From Alphaproteobacteria bacterium (GTDB lineage: Bacteria > Pseudomonadota > Alphaproteobacteria > GCA-2731375): a stretch of 64,000 nucleotides of DNA. Positions within the stretch are counted from its first letter, which is position 1. Every line of letters begins with the position of its first letter. Where the stretch lies: positions 6,528,001-6,592,000 of the forward strand of contig CBDDPY010000002.1 of the NCBI GenBank assembly GCA_965232515.1, read 5' to 3'. Shown in pieces: positions 36,478 to 46,670 of this stretch. A model generated the notes under the pieces. The model was not told where the DNA came from, did no database searches, and saw only the letters and a list, made by a program, of their open reading frames with translations. The translations under genes were made by a program, and so were the position numbers.

Positions 36478-38094
36478 ATGGGTGATCTGCGAACGCAAAT
36501 TCTGGCCATTTTGCGGGCCGTCTGGCGCCGGCGTTGGATTATCGCCGGCATTGCCTGGGGCCTGTGCCTGGTCGGCTGGTTCGTGGTCCTGCATATGCCC
36601 GACCGCTATCAGTCCCGGACACGCATCTACGTCGATACCCAGACCATGCTGGCGCCGTTGCTGCGCGGCCTGACCGTGGCGCCGAACCTGAACCAGCAGG
36701 TCGCGTTCATGAAGCGGACCCTACTCAGCCGTCCGAACATGCTGGAAATCATCCGCATGACCGATCTCGACCTGACGGTCGAGAACGATGCGGAAATGGA
36801 CGCGCTGATCAAGAGTGTGGCCGAACGGATCTCGATCAAATCCCAGGGCCGGGATCTGTTCACGATCGCGTACGAGAGCGAGGACCCGAAGCTGGCCCAG
36901 CGGGTCGTGCAGTCGTTGGTCAACATCTTCGTCGAGAACAATCTCGGCGAGAACCGATCCGACATGGAGAAGGCCCGCGCCTTCCTGGAAGCGCAGCTCG
37001 CCGTGTACGAGCGGCAGCTTCAGGAAGCGGAACGCCGTCTCGCGGACTTCAAGGCCAGCAATCTCGAATTCGGCCGCGGCGCCGGCGGCTATGTCAAAAA
37101 GCGGCAGGGCGCGAACGCGGCTTTGGAGCGCGCGGAAGCCGACTACCAGGATGCGCTTGCGTTGCGCGACCAGCTGCGTGAGCAGATCGCGACCGTCCCG
37201 CAATACCTCGAAGTCGATGCCGCGCCCCAGGTGATCTTCAACAACGGCGGGGCGGCAAATTCACCGATCGCCGAGCTGGAGCGGCGGATCAAGGATACGG
37301 AACGGCAGATCGTGCTGCTGCTCGGCAAGTATACCGAGGCGCACCCCGACGTGATCGCGTCCCGCCGCCAGATCGAGTACCTGAACGAGCAGCTGGCTCA
37401 GGAAGAGGAAAAGCTGCTGGCGGCGGCCGAGGGCGAAGGCGACGATTTCGGCGGCGAAGGCGCCAAGACGAAGGTGCCGAACGCGCTCTATGAGCATATC
37501 AAGTTGCGATTGGTCGACGCCGAGTCCCAGGTCACCACGCGCGAGCGGCAGTTGAAGCGGGCCCGCGAGGAACGCGATTACTTCGAGAAGATGGCGACGA
37601 CGGCGCCCCTGGTCGAAGCGCGCCTGGCCGGCTTGAACAGAGACTATTCCGTCATCAAGAAGAACTACGAGCAGCTCCTGTCCCGGCGCGAGTCGGCCAA
37701 GATTGCGCAAGCCGTCGACGCGGAAACCGACATCCAGTTCCGGATCGTCGATCCGCCCGAGGTGCCGACCATTCCGGTTGGGCCGAACCGGCCGTTCTTC
37801 ATGTCGATCGTTCTCGCCGCTGGTCTGGGGTCTGGCATAGCTTTTGCTTACCTGTTGTCCCAGATGGATGTTTCCTTTCACAACGCGGCCAGCCTGCGGG
37901 ACACGTTTGGATTGCCCGTACTGGGCGCGGTTTCGGCCCTCGTGTCGAACAGCAACCGCAGGCGGCAGCATGCCGGCCTTGCCGGATTCGCAGTCGCCTG
38001 CGCCTGTCTCTTATTGGTTTTTGGCGGACTGATCGTTTTTGAGACACCTTTACGCCAAAACATGTCCCAACTTGAGTTAACGCGACTGCTATGA
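36478..38094 (+). CDS. polysaccharide chain-length determinant, XrtA system
   Basis: VWRRRW, PDRYQS..RIYVDTQTML.PLL, LLSRPN, YTEAHPDV, LNRDY, FRIVDPP..P..PVGPNR; two TM helices and coiled coils. Confidence 0.92.
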   Translation: MGDLRTQILAILRAVWRRRWIIAGIAWGLCLVGWFVVLHMPDRYQSRTRIYVDTQTMLAPLLRGLTVAPNLNQQVAFMKRTLLSRPNMLEIIRMTDLDLTVENDAEMDALIKSVAERISIKSQGRDLFTIAYESEDPKLAQRVVQSLVNIFVENNLGENRSDMEKARAFLEAQLAVYERQLQEAERRLADFKASNLEFGRGAGGYVKKRQGANAALERAEADYQDALALRDQLREQIATVPQYLEVDAAPQVIFNNGGAANSPIAELERRIKDTERQIVLLLGKYTEAHPDVIASRRQIEYLNEQLAQEEEKLLAAAEGEGDDFGGEGAKTKVPNALYEHIKLRLVDAESQVTTRERQLKRAREERDYFEKMATTAPLVEARLAGLNRDYSVIKKNYEQLLSRRESAKIAQAVDAETDIQFRIVDPPEVPTIPVGPNRPFFMSIVLAAGLGSGIAFAYLLSQMDVSFHNAASLRDTFGLPVLGAVSALVSNSNRRRQHAGLAGFAVACACLLLVFGGLIVFETPLRQNMSQLELTRLL

Positions 38095-39182
38095 GTTCGG
38101 AAGCCAGAGTGCCAGGCTTGATCCAGCGGGCCGCCGACCACGTTCGGTCCGGCGGCGGCGCGTCGCTGGTCGAGAAAGCGGCAAAGCGAATTGCCGCATC
38201 GGGCGGACCGCAACCCGTGACGGCCGATGCCGCGGCCGCGCCGGCGGTGCCGGCCGCGCCGCTTCCGACCGAGCCGGCCACCGTACCCCGCCCGCCCGTG
38301 GCCGAGGTATCGCCGCCGGCGAATGAGGCGCCGCAACCCGCGGCCGCGAAGCCGCGCCCGGCCGCCCCTGCCGACGAGCCGACGCCGTTCACGCCCGAGC
38401 GGACCGCGGCGGCGCCTGCGAGGGAGAGCCAGGGCGGCCGCCGGGCCGATGTGGTGCAGATCGATCAGGTACGCCTGCAGCTCGCCGGCTGCATCGTGCC
38501 GTCGGGCGAACGCACCCGCATTGTCGAAGAGTTTCGCATCGTCAAGCGGCCGCTTCTGCTCAAGGCGTTTGCGACCGGCGATCAAAGAACGCGCAACGGC
38601 AACCTGATCATGGTGACCAGCGCCCGTCCGGGCGAGGGCAAGTCGCACACGGCGGTCAATCTGGCCATGAGCATGGTCTCCGAGCGCGACCTGAACGTTC
38701 TTCTGGTCGATGCCGACATGCACAACACCAGCGAATACTCATCGATGGGCATGATGGGCGTGAACGCGGAGAAGGGCCTGCTCAATGTGGTCGCGGATCC
38801 CTCCACGGATCTTGCCGACGTCCTGCTCAGGACGGATATCCCGAACCTGACGTTGCTGCCGGCCGGGACGAACGTGATGAACCCGACCGAGCTGCTGGCC
38901 AGTAACCGTATGGGTCAGCTCGTCGAGGAGCTCGCCGAACGTTATCCGGACCGGGTCATCATTATCGACACCCCGCCGGTCCTGGCGACCAGTGAGCCGA
39001 GCGTGCTCGCCATGCATGTCGGCCAGCTTCTGTTTGTGGTCGAGGCAGAGAAGACCAGCCAGAAGGCCATCGAGTCGGCGTTGGCGCTATTGGGTGGCTG
39101 CCAAAACATCAACCTCGTGTTAAATAAAGCCAAGATGGAGGTCGGCGGCGACCGGTTCGGCGCCTATTCGTATTACTATTGA
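38091..39182 (+). CDS. XrtA-associated tyrosine autokinase (split Wzc kinase)
   Basis: EEFRIVKRPLL, Walker A TSARPGEGKS, VLLVDAD, IIDTPPVL, C-terminal Tyr cluster YSYYY. Confidence 0.92.
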   Translation: MSSEARVPGLIQRAADHVRSGGGASLVEKAAKRIAASGGPQPVTADAAAAPAVPAAPLPTEPATVPRPPVAEVSPPANEAPQPAAAKPRPAAPADEPTPFTPERTAAAPARESQGGRRADVVQIDQVRLQLAGCIVPSGERTRIVEEFRIVKRPLLLKAFATGDQRTRNGNLIMVTSARPGEGKSHTAVNLAMSMVSERDLNVLLVDADMHNTSEYSSMGMMGVNAEKGLLNVVADPSTDLADVLLRTDIPNLTLLPAGTNVMNPTELLASNRMGQLVEELAERYPDRVIIIDTPPVLATSEPSVLAMHVGQLLFVVEAEKTSQKAIESALALLGGCQNINLVLNKAKMEVGGDRFGAYSYYY

Positions 39183-39241
39183 CTTCCCGCGGCCGCTGAG
39201 TGAAGTTGCGCGTTAATCTATCAGTCGGGTGTCATTGGACA

Positions 39242-40726
39242 ATGCTGGGTCGTTCCGTCATTCGGCGGCAGATATTTTCATTAGTCGGCCTGGCCTTGGT
39301 TCTTTCACCGATACCTTCCGTTCATGCGGGCGATTGGCGAATTACGCCGCGCGCTCAATCCGAAACTTCCTATACCGACAATGTGCGCGGCGTCGCCGAT
39401 GGCAAGGAAGGCGACGTCTTCCATTCCGGCTCGTCCGGCGTCAGCATACGGGGCCGGGGCGCACGGCTTAATCTGAACCTCGACTACACGCTCAGTTACG
39501 AGGAATATCTCGCTGAATCCGAGCTCAGCAGCCGCACCCACCGGCTGCTCGGTTCCGGCAACACCGAGCTGATCCGCGAACATCTCTTTGTCGACGCCCA
39601 GACCTCGTTCAACCGGGTTACCGACGACCGGACCGGCGCCATATCGAGCATTGACCGGAACCTGGGCGACAATCAGACCGAGGTCTTCAACTACCGCATC
39701 AGCCCGCGCTATCTTTTCAACATCGGCGGCTTCGCGCGGTCGACCACGCGCTACACCTTCAGCGAAACCGTGTTCGATCCGCTGAACGACGATTCCGACA
39801 ACAACGACAGTCCGTCGGACACGACGACGAACCGGATTTCGCAGGTCTTCAGCAGCGGCGCAGATTTCACACAGCTGTCGTGGGCCCTGACCGCCCAATA
39901 CCGCCGGTCCTCGCGCGGCGACAGCGACGACAACTTCACCACCAAGTCGGGCGAGGCGAGCGCTGAATATGCGATAAACCGAGTGTTTTCGGTGCTCGGC
40001 AGTGCCGGTTACGAAGACCTGGCGGACAATTCGGTGACCGACGACGACGAGTTGTTCGGCGAGATCTGGACCGTCGGCGCCCGATTGCGGCCGGGACCCC
40101 GCACCAATCTCAGCTTCGAATACGGCCGCCGATACGACGACGATTTCTATCGCGGCAACGGCAGTTTCGCCATCACGCCCACCTTGCGGGCGAACGTCTC
40201 CTACAACATTACCGTCGATATCGAACAGTCCGCCGCCGACAATGCGTTTCTGTTCATCGGGCAGGACGAGGATGGCAACTTCATCGATACCCGCACCGGC
40301 TTGCCGATCGATGTCGTCGATTCCGATTTCGACCTGACGGATCAGGACACGGTCCTGCGGAACGAGTCCTTCTCCGCCTCGCTGTCGGGCAGCCGTGGCC
40401 GCAATCGTTATGGCCTGCGGCTGGCGCACACCAAGCGTACCACCGAGCCGGAAGCGCGTGAGCAGACCGTTATCAGCGGGTCCATCAATTTCAGCCGCAC
40501 GTTGCGGCCGGGCATGAACTTGGCGCTTAACGCAAGATTTACCGACGCGGAGGACGATGCCAGTGACGATACCAGCACGTTCCGCTTTAGCGCTTCGCTC
40601 GGGTATGACGTCGGCCGGACGGTTCGAGCCACGTTTCGGGTGAACCATCTGCGTCGCAACACGGACGCCAATGAATCCGACCTGACCGAGAACGTTGCTT
40701 CGGTGCGGCTGGTAAAAACCTTTTAG
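39242..40726 (+). CDS. PEP-CTERM system-associated outer membrane beta-barrel protein
   Basis: Signal peptide then AGDWRITP...SYTDNV, PGPRT....EYGRRY, C-terminal EN.ASVRLVKTF. Start 39200 or 39242. Confidence 0.85.
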   Translation: MLGRSVIRRQIFSLVGLALVLSPIPSVHAGDWRITPRAQSETSYTDNVRGVADGKEGDVFHSGSSGVSIRGRGARLNLNLDYTLSYEEYLAESELSSRTHRLLGSGNTELIREHLFVDAQTSFNRVTDDRTGAISSIDRNLGDNQTEVFNYRISPRYLFNIGGFARSTTRYTFSETVFDPLNDDSDNNDSPSDTTTNRISQVFSSGADFTQLSWALTAQYRRSSRGDSDDNFTTKSGEASAEYAINRVFSVLGSAGYEDLADNSVTDDDELFGEIWTVGARLRPGPRTNLSFEYGRRYDDDFYRGNGSFAITPTLRANVSYNITVDIEQSAADNAFLFIGQDEDGNFIDTRTGLPIDVVDSDFDLTDQDTVLRNESFSASLSGSRGRNRYGLRLAHTKRTTEPEAREQTVISGSINFSRTLRPGMNLALNARFTDAEDDASDDTSTFRFSASLGYDVGRTVRATFRVNHLRRNTDANESDLTENVASVRLVKTF

Positions 40727-40738
40727 TTTCAGCCCGCT

Positions 40739-41923
40739 ATGTATACCGAATTCTATCGGCTGCAGGCGTTGCCGTTCCAGCTAACGCCGGACCCAAGTTT
40801 TTTCTTCGCCAGCAGCGTCCATAACAGCGCCATGGCGCACCTGACCTATGGTCTGAGCCAGGGCGAGGGCTTCATCATAATCACCGGCGAGATCGGCGCC
40901 GGCAAGACCACGCTGGTCGGCCATCTGCTCGCCACGCTCGACAAGGAGCACTACCTGGCGTTGAACATCGTCAGCACGCAGCTGAACGCCGACGAGATGC
41001 TGCGGATGGTCGCTTCGGCCTTCAACATTCCGACCGAGAATGTCGACAAGGCGACACTGCTGCGGAAGATCGAGGCTTTTCTCACCAGCCTGCACGAGTC
41101 CGACAAGCGGGCCTTGCTTCTGGTCGATGAAGCTCAGAACCTCACCGCCGGCGCGCTTGAGGAATTGCGCATGCTGTCGAACTTCCAGGTCGGTTCGCGC
41201 ACGCCGCTGCAGTGTTTTCTGCTCGGCCAGCCACAGTTCCGAACCACCCTGGCGATGCCGGAACTCGAGCAGTTGCGGCAGCGCGTGACGGCGTCATACC
41301 ACCTCGGCCCGTTGTCCATGGACGAGACCCGATACTATATCGAGCACCGCCTGCACATGGCCGGCTGGAACCGGGATCCGGAGTTCGCCGACGAGGCCTT
41401 CCAGCAGATTTTCGACTACACGAAGGGCGTGCCGCGCCTGATCAACATGCTGTGTTCACGGTTGCTGCTGTATGGTTTTCTCGAAGAGCTGCACAAGATC
41501 GACGGTGTCGTTGTCGAGCGTGTCGTGACCGAGCATGCCGAGGAGACCCGTCAGGTCATGGCGCCGGAGGCCCAGAAGCCGGTGGCGACGACGGGCGCCG
41601 CGGCGGCCGCGACGACCGGCGACGCGCCGGTCGCGGTACCGACGGACGCCGCGCCCGCCGGCACGCCGGCGGGCTACGACGAGGTTATAAAACGTCTCGG
41701 CGCGGTCGAGGATCATGTGAAGCTGCACGAGCGAACCATGAACCGGGTGCTACGGGTTCTGGTGCAGCAGATGGAAGGAGCGACGGACGATGTCCCAGCC
41801 GCAGATGAAGGTGAAGGCGACGCCCGACCCCAGCGTCGGCACAGCCGCCTCGCCGCGCGCCGACGCCGGCGCCGCGGTCGCGGCCGCCGGCCATTCGCCG
41901 ATTACCAACGCGCTGACAGTTGA
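40739..41923 (+). CDS. XrtA/PEP-CTERM system-associated ATPase (ExeA-like)
   Basis: MYTEFY.L...PFQLTPDP.FFF, GEIGAGKTT, VDEAQNL, LEELRMLSN, LLGQP, GVPRLIN. Confidence 0.92.
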   Translation: MYTEFYRLQALPFQLTPDPSFFFASSVHNSAMAHLTYGLSQGEGFIIITGEIGAGKTTLVGHLLATLDKEHYLALNIVSTQLNADEMLRMVASAFNIPTENVDKATLLRKIEAFLTSLHESDKRALLLVDEAQNLTAGALEELRMLSNFQVGSRTPLQCFLLGQPQFRTTLAMPELEQLRQRVTASYHLGPLSMDETRYYIEHRLHMAGWNRDPEFADEAFQQIFDYTKGVPRLINMLCSRLLLYGFLEELHKIDGVVVERVVTEHAEETRQVMAPEAQKPVATTGAAAAATTGDAPVAVPTDAAPAGTPAGYDEVIKRLGAVEDHVKLHERTMNRVLRVLVQQMEGATDDVPAADEGEGDARPQRRHSRLAARRRRRRGRGRRPFADYQRADS

Positions 41924-42746
41924 CGTCGAGGACTATTTCCAGGTTCAGGCGTTTGCCGATCGCATCAGCCGCGACGATTGGGACAGCCTGGAGTGCCGGG
42001 TCGAGCGCAACACTGACAGGGTACTGCAGCTATTCGCGGATGCCGGCGCGCGGGGCACGTTCTTCACGCTGGGCTGGGTGGCCGAGCGCTATCCCGCGCT
42101 GATCGGGCGCATCGTCGCCGGCGGGCACGAGCTTGCCAGTCATGGGTATGCGCACATCCGGGCGGACTCGCAGACGCCCGATGAGTTCCGCGCCGATATC
42201 CGCCGCACCAAACAGCTGCTCGAGGATATCGGTGGCGTGCCGATCAAGGGCTATCGCGCCGCCACCTTCTCGATCGGCGGCGGCAATATGTGGGCCTACG
42301 ACGTGCTCGCCGACGAAGGCTACGTCTACAGTTCGAGCATTTATCCGGTCCGCCACGATTTCTACGGCATGCCGGACGCGCCCCGGTTCCCGTTCTATCC
42401 GTCCGGCCCGGGCGGCACTTACGAAATCCCGATGACGACCATCCGGATGTTCGGCCGCAACCTGCCCTGCAGCGGCGGCGGCTACTTTCGCCTGCTGCCC
42501 TACGGCGTATCGCGTTGGCAGATGCGGCGGGTTAACCGCGAAGACCGACAGCCCGGCATCTTCTATTTCCACCCCTGGGAGGTCGATCCCGAACAGCCGC
42601 GCCAGACCGGCATCTCGGCCAAGACCCGGGTGCGGCACTACACCGGCCTCGGGCGGATGCAGGGCCGGCTACGCCGCCTGCTGGCGGACTTCCCTTGGGG
42701 GCGCATGGACGAGGTGTACCGGATCGGCGCCGGCGAGACCGGGTGA
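41790..42746 (+). CDS. XrtA-system polysaccharide deacetylase
   Basis: NALTVDVEDYFQV, TFFTLGWVAERYP, HELASHG, GGGYFRLLPY, FYFHPWEVDPEQPR. Confidence 0.93.
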   Translation: MSQPQMKVKATPDPSVGTAASPRADAGAAVAAAGHSPITNALTVDVEDYFQVQAFADRISRDDWDSLECRVERNTDRVLQLFADAGARGTFFTLGWVAERYPALIGRIVAGGHELASHGYAHIRADSQTPDEFRADIRRTKQLLEDIGGVPIKGYRAATFSIGGGNMWAYDVLADEGYVYSSSIYPVRHDFYGMPDAPRFPFYPSGPGGTYEIPMTTIRMFGRNLPCSGGGYFRLLPYGVSRWQMRRVNREDRQPGIFYFHPWEVDPEQPRQTGISAKTRVRHYTGLGRMQGRLRRLLADFPWGRMDEVYRIGAGETG

Positions 42747-43795
42747 GTGCCGGCATGTCGGCCGTTACCGTACATGGGCTGAAGGATGCCGGCACATCGC
42801 GTTGGGACGCCTTCGTGGACGCCACGCCGTCCGCGACCTTTTTCCATCGCGCCGGTTGGCGGCGGGTGATCGAAGAGTCCTTCGGCCATCGCTGCTATTT
42901 CGCCTATGCGGAAAAGGACGGCGAGATTTGCGGCGTCCTGCCGCTGGTACACGTGAACAGCCGGATCTTCTCGAACGGCCTGATCTCGAACGCCTTCGGC
43001 GTCTATGGCGGACCGGCCGTCAGCGATCCTGCCGCGGCGGCCGCGCTCGACGCCTACGCCATCGATCTGATGGACAAAGTCGGCGCCGATTTCGTGGAGT
43101 ACCGCTGCCGCGAGCGCAGCCGTGCCGATTGGCAGTGTAAGGACGATCTCTACGTCACCTTCCGGCGGCCGATCGAACCGTCGTCGGAGGCCAACCTGAA
43201 GGCGATCCCGCGCAAACAGCGCGCCGTCGTGCGCAAGGCGCTGAAGGCGGGCCTGCTCAGCGACGCGCTCGACGACGATGTCGAGCGGCTCTACCGCGTC
43301 TACGCGACAAGCGTCCGCAATCTCGGCACGCCGGTTTTCTCGAAGCGCTATTTCCGCATTCTGAAAGAAGAGTTCGACCAGGACTGCGAAGTTCTGACCG
43401 TCACCGGACCGGACGGCCAACCCGTCGCGGCGGTCATGAGCTTTTTCTTCCGCGACGAGGTGCTGCCTTATTATGGCGGCGGCACGGCCGAGGCTCGCCG
43501 TTATGGCGCCAACGACTTCATGTATTGGCGGGTCATGGAACGATCGCTCGAGCGCGGCTGCCGCCTGTTCGACTTCGGCCGCAGCAAGGCCGGCACCGGG
43601 TCGTTTTCATTCAAGAAAAACTGGGGCTTTGTGCCCAAACCGCTTCACTACGAATTCAGCCTGCGGAATGGCGGCGAAGTTCCCGACGTGAACCCGCTGA
43701 ATCCCAAATACCAGCTTTTTATCGCCCTCTGGAAGCGCCTGCCGCTGCCGGTCGCGAACGCTTTCGGTCCTTTCATCGTTCGTAACTTGGGATGA
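42743..43795 (+). CDS. FemAB-related protein, XrtA/PEP-CTERM system
   Basis: WDAFV....ATFFHRAGW, GVLPL, YGGP, IPRKQRAVVRKA, SVRNLGTPVF, FDFGRSK..TG...FKKNWGF.P. Start 42743 (GTG) or 42755. Confidence 0.92.
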   Translation: MSAGMSAVTVHGLKDAGTSRWDAFVDATPSATFFHRAGWRRVIEESFGHRCYFAYAEKDGEICGVLPLVHVNSRIFSNGLISNAFGVYGGPAVSDPAAAAALDAYAIDLMDKVGADFVEYRCRERSRADWQCKDDLYVTFRRPIEPSSEANLKAIPRKQRAVVRKALKAGLLSDALDDDVERLYRVYATSVRNLGTPVFSKRYFRILKEEFDQDCEVLTVTGPDGQPVAAVMSFFFRDEVLPYYGGGTAEARRYGANDFMYWRVMERSLERGCRLFDFGRSKAGTGSFSFKKNWGFVPKPLHYEFSLRNGGEVPDVNPLNPKYQLFIALWKRLPLPVANAFGPFIVRNLG

Positions 43796-43799
43796 TGCG

Positions 43800-44996
43800 T
43801 TGCAGGACCTGGTTTTCGTCTCTCAGCGCATCCCCTATCCACCGAACAAGGGCGACAAGGTCCGCTCTTGGAACGTGTTGTCGCGTCTGGCCGAGGATTA
43901 TCGCGTGCATCTGGCGAGTTTTGTGGACGATCCCGCCGACTGGCAACACGAGCAGGTATTGCGTGACCTCTGCGCCTCCTGCCTGCTGCGGCCGCTGAGG
44001 CCGCTTCTTGCCAAGCTGCGCAGTCTTCCGGCCTTCATCGGCCGCGACCCGCTCACCCGCCGCTACTTTCACGATGGCCGTATCGCCGCATGGCTTGACG
44101 AGCTGGCCGCGCGGCAGAAGCCGGACAAAGTGTTTGTCTTTTCCTCCGGTGTCGCCGACTACGTGATGGGCCCGCGCTGGGCCGGCGCGCGGCGGGTCAT
44201 CGATATGGTCGATGTCGATTCCGACAAATGGCGCCAATATGCGGCCGCGAAGTCAGGCGTCAGCCGTTGGGTCTATGGCCGCGAAGCCCGGACATTGGCT
44301 GATTTCGAGCGGCAGGCGTCGGCGGCGTTCGATGCCACGCTGTTCGTCTCGGAGGCCGAGGCGGATCTCTTCCGCACGCTGTCGCCGGCGACGGCCGCCA
44401 AGGTGCATGCCGTGGGCAATGGCGTCGATTGCGCGTTCTTCGATCCGGCAATCGGATTTGCCGATCCGTATCCGGCTGGCGTCACGCCGCTGGTCTTCAC
44501 CGGCGCCATGGACTACTGGCCAAATGCCGATGCGGTGATCTGGTTCGCCGAGCAGGTCCTGCCCAGGGTGACGGCCAGTCTGCCGAATGCGGCGTTGTTT
44601 ATCGTCGGGGCCAATCCCGACCGGCGGGTCCAGGCCCTCGGTGCAAGGCCGGTGATCACGGTCACAGGCAGGGTCGACGACATTAGGCCATACATTGCCC
44701 ATGCCCGGGTCGTGGTCGCCCCTTTGCAAGTGGCCCGTGGCGTGCAGAATAAGGTTCTGGAAGGCATGGCGATGGCGAAGCCCGTCGTCGCCAGTCCGAT
44801 GGCGTTGGAAGGCCTGGATGCGGCCCCCGGTCGGGAGGTGTTGGTTGCAGAAAGCCCCGATGAATACGCTCAAATCGTGCTCGATGCGGTTTCCGGCGGG
44901 TACCCGGATATCGGCGGCCTGGCCCGAGACCGCGTACGCCGGTCGTACAGCTGGCAGGCGAGCTACGAAAAAGTGTTGTCTATCCTTGAGCGTTAA
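43800..44996 (+). CDS. PEP-CTERM/XrtA system glycosyltransferase (family 4)
   Basis: RIPYPPNKGDKVRS, DMVDVDSDKWRQYA, FTGAMDYWPNADAV, ARGVQNKVLEGMAM. Confidence 0.93.
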   Translation: MQDLVFVSQRIPYPPNKGDKVRSWNVLSRLAEDYRVHLASFVDDPADWQHEQVLRDLCASCLLRPLRPLLAKLRSLPAFIGRDPLTRRYFHDGRIAAWLDELAARQKPDKVFVFSSGVADYVMGPRWAGARRVIDMVDVDSDKWRQYAAAKSGVSRWVYGREARTLADFERQASAAFDATLFVSEAEADLFRTLSPATAAKVHAVGNGVDCAFFDPAIGFADPYPAGVTPLVFTGAMDYWPNADAVIWFAEQVLPRVTASLPNAALFIVGANPDRRVQALGARPVITVTGRVDDIRPYIAHARVVVAPLQVARGVQNKVLEGMAMAKPVVASPMALEGLDAAPGREVLVAESPDEYAQIVLDAVSGGYPDIGGLARDRVRRSYSWQASYEKVLSILER

Positions 44997-45052
44997 AGTC
45001 GCGGAAAACGTGTTTTGTTAGTGTTGCGTTCCTGTCGGGCAGGAGAACTGGT

Positions 45053-46624
45053 TTGAGTATCAAGACGGCAAACGATCCCGTGACGTCGCCGGCTTTTGGC
45101 GTTGATCCGGCGCTCCGGGCGGCCTGGTGGAAGGCCGGGGCGGCAACCGTCGTCGTGCTGATGTTTCTGCTCGGCCTCTACGCGGACGAAGTCGTCAGCG
45201 CAGTGCGGGTGTGGAATTCCTCGCCGACCTATACCCACTGCTATCTGATCCTGCCGATCACGCTCTACCTGATCTGGGAACGGCGGTCGCTGTTTTCGCG
45301 CATGTGGCCCCGGCCGACGCTGTGGCCGCTGCTCTTCCTGCCGCCGGCCGGGATGGTCGGCATGATCGCCGAGGTCGCCAGCATTCAGGAAGCGCAGCAT
45401 TTCGTGCTGCTCGGCATGATCCAGATCGTGCTTTTCAGCATGCTTGGCTGGCGCGTCTATAAGGCGCTGCTGTTCCCCTTCCTTTATCTGTTTTTCCTGG
45501 TGCCGAGCGGTGAGTTCATGGTGCCGGCGCTGCAGGACTTCACCGCCGAGTTCGCGGTGCTGGCGCTGCAGATGATCGGGATTCCGGTCTACAAGGACGG
45601 CATCTTCATTTCGATCCCGAACGGCAACTTCGTGGTTGCCGAAGCCTGCGCCGGCCTGCGCTTCCTGGTGGCCGCGCTCGCCTTCGGCTTCCTGTTCGCC
45701 AACATGACCTATCGCAGCTACGGCCGACGGGTGACGTTCGTGGCCCTGTCGATCGTCGTGCCGATCATCGCCAACGGCTTCCGGGCCTTCGGTCTGATCA
45801 TGATCGCCCATCTCAGCGACCACCAGCTCGCAGTCGGCGTCGATCATCTGGTCTATGGCTGGCTGTTCTTTTCGCTTGTGATCGTGCTGCTGATCGTCAT
45901 CGGCATGCAGTTCCGCGAGGACAAGGCCGACGACGACGATGTCGACACGCCGCCGCCGCCGGTGGCCGGGGGCCGCATCGGACGTTTCGGCGCGGTCACG
46001 ACCGCCGTGCTGATTGCCGCCGCCATCTCCATCGCGCCGGCCTATGCCGGCTATGTCCGTTCGCTGGAACCGGCCGTCGATCTCACGGCGCTGACGCCGC
46101 CGACGGCGGGCGGCGATTGGCGGATGGTCGAGACGACCGGCGACTGGCAGCCCCGGTTCCCCGGCGCCGACGCCATCATGCATCAGGTCTATCGCGGCGC
46201 CGGCGGCGAGGTCGATCTGTTCGTGGCGTTCTATGGGCGACAGCGCACCGATGCCGAGGTCGTGTCGCACGACAACCGCTTCTATGACGACGAATTCTGG
46301 AAGCGCGCGGGCCATCGGCGTGCAACCGTCGAGCTGGCAGGCGAACGGCAACGGGTGATCCTGACGCAGGTCCTGTCGCACAACCGCAAGCGCCTTGTCG
46401 TATCGCGGTACTGGATCGATGATACGTTCACCGCGAGTGGACTGGAGGCGAAGCTGCTGCAGGCGAGAGCGGAATTGCTGTCGGGTCAACGGCCGGCGGC
46501 CGTTGTCGCCGTCTCGGCCGAATACGATCTGGATGAGGCCGACGCGCTGGCCGCCATAGATTCCCTGCTGCGCGGCGTGGGCCCGTTGACGCCGATCCTG
46601 CGCGCCGCGGCGCGTTTCGACTGA
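45053..46624 (+). CDS. xrtA: exosortase A with fused C-terminal EpsI domain
   Basis: TYTHCYLI.P, catalytic Cys in VAEACAGLRF, Arg in ANGFRAF, His in VDHLVYGWLFF; periplasmic EpsI-like tail (WQPRFPGAD...YWI...AKLLQA). Confidence 0.93.
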   Translation: MSIKTANDPVTSPAFGVDPALRAAWWKAGAATVVVLMFLLGLYADEVVSAVRVWNSSPTYTHCYLILPITLYLIWERRSLFSRMWPRPTLWPLLFLPPAGMVGMIAEVASIQEAQHFVLLGMIQIVLFSMLGWRVYKALLFPFLYLFFLVPSGEFMVPALQDFTAEFAVLALQMIGIPVYKDGIFISIPNGNFVVAEACAGLRFLVAALAFGFLFANMTYRSYGRRVTFVALSIVVPIIANGFRAFGLIMIAHLSDHQLAVGVDHLVYGWLFFSLVIVLLIVIGMQFREDKADDDDVDTPPPPVAGGRIGRFGAVTTAVLIAAAISIAPAYAGYVRSLEPAVDLTALTPPTAGGDWRMVETTGDWQPRFPGADAIMHQVYRGAGGEVDLFVAFYGRQRTDAEVVSHDNRFYDDEFWKRAGHRRATVELAGERQRVILTQVLSHNRKRLVVSRYWIDDTFTASGLEAKLLQARAELLSGQRPAAVVAVSAEYDLDEADALAAIDSLLRGVGPLTPILRAAARFD

Positions 46625-46670
46625 CGGTCGTCGAGCCCACTGGTCCGGTCGCCTCGGGGATGATGAGCGC

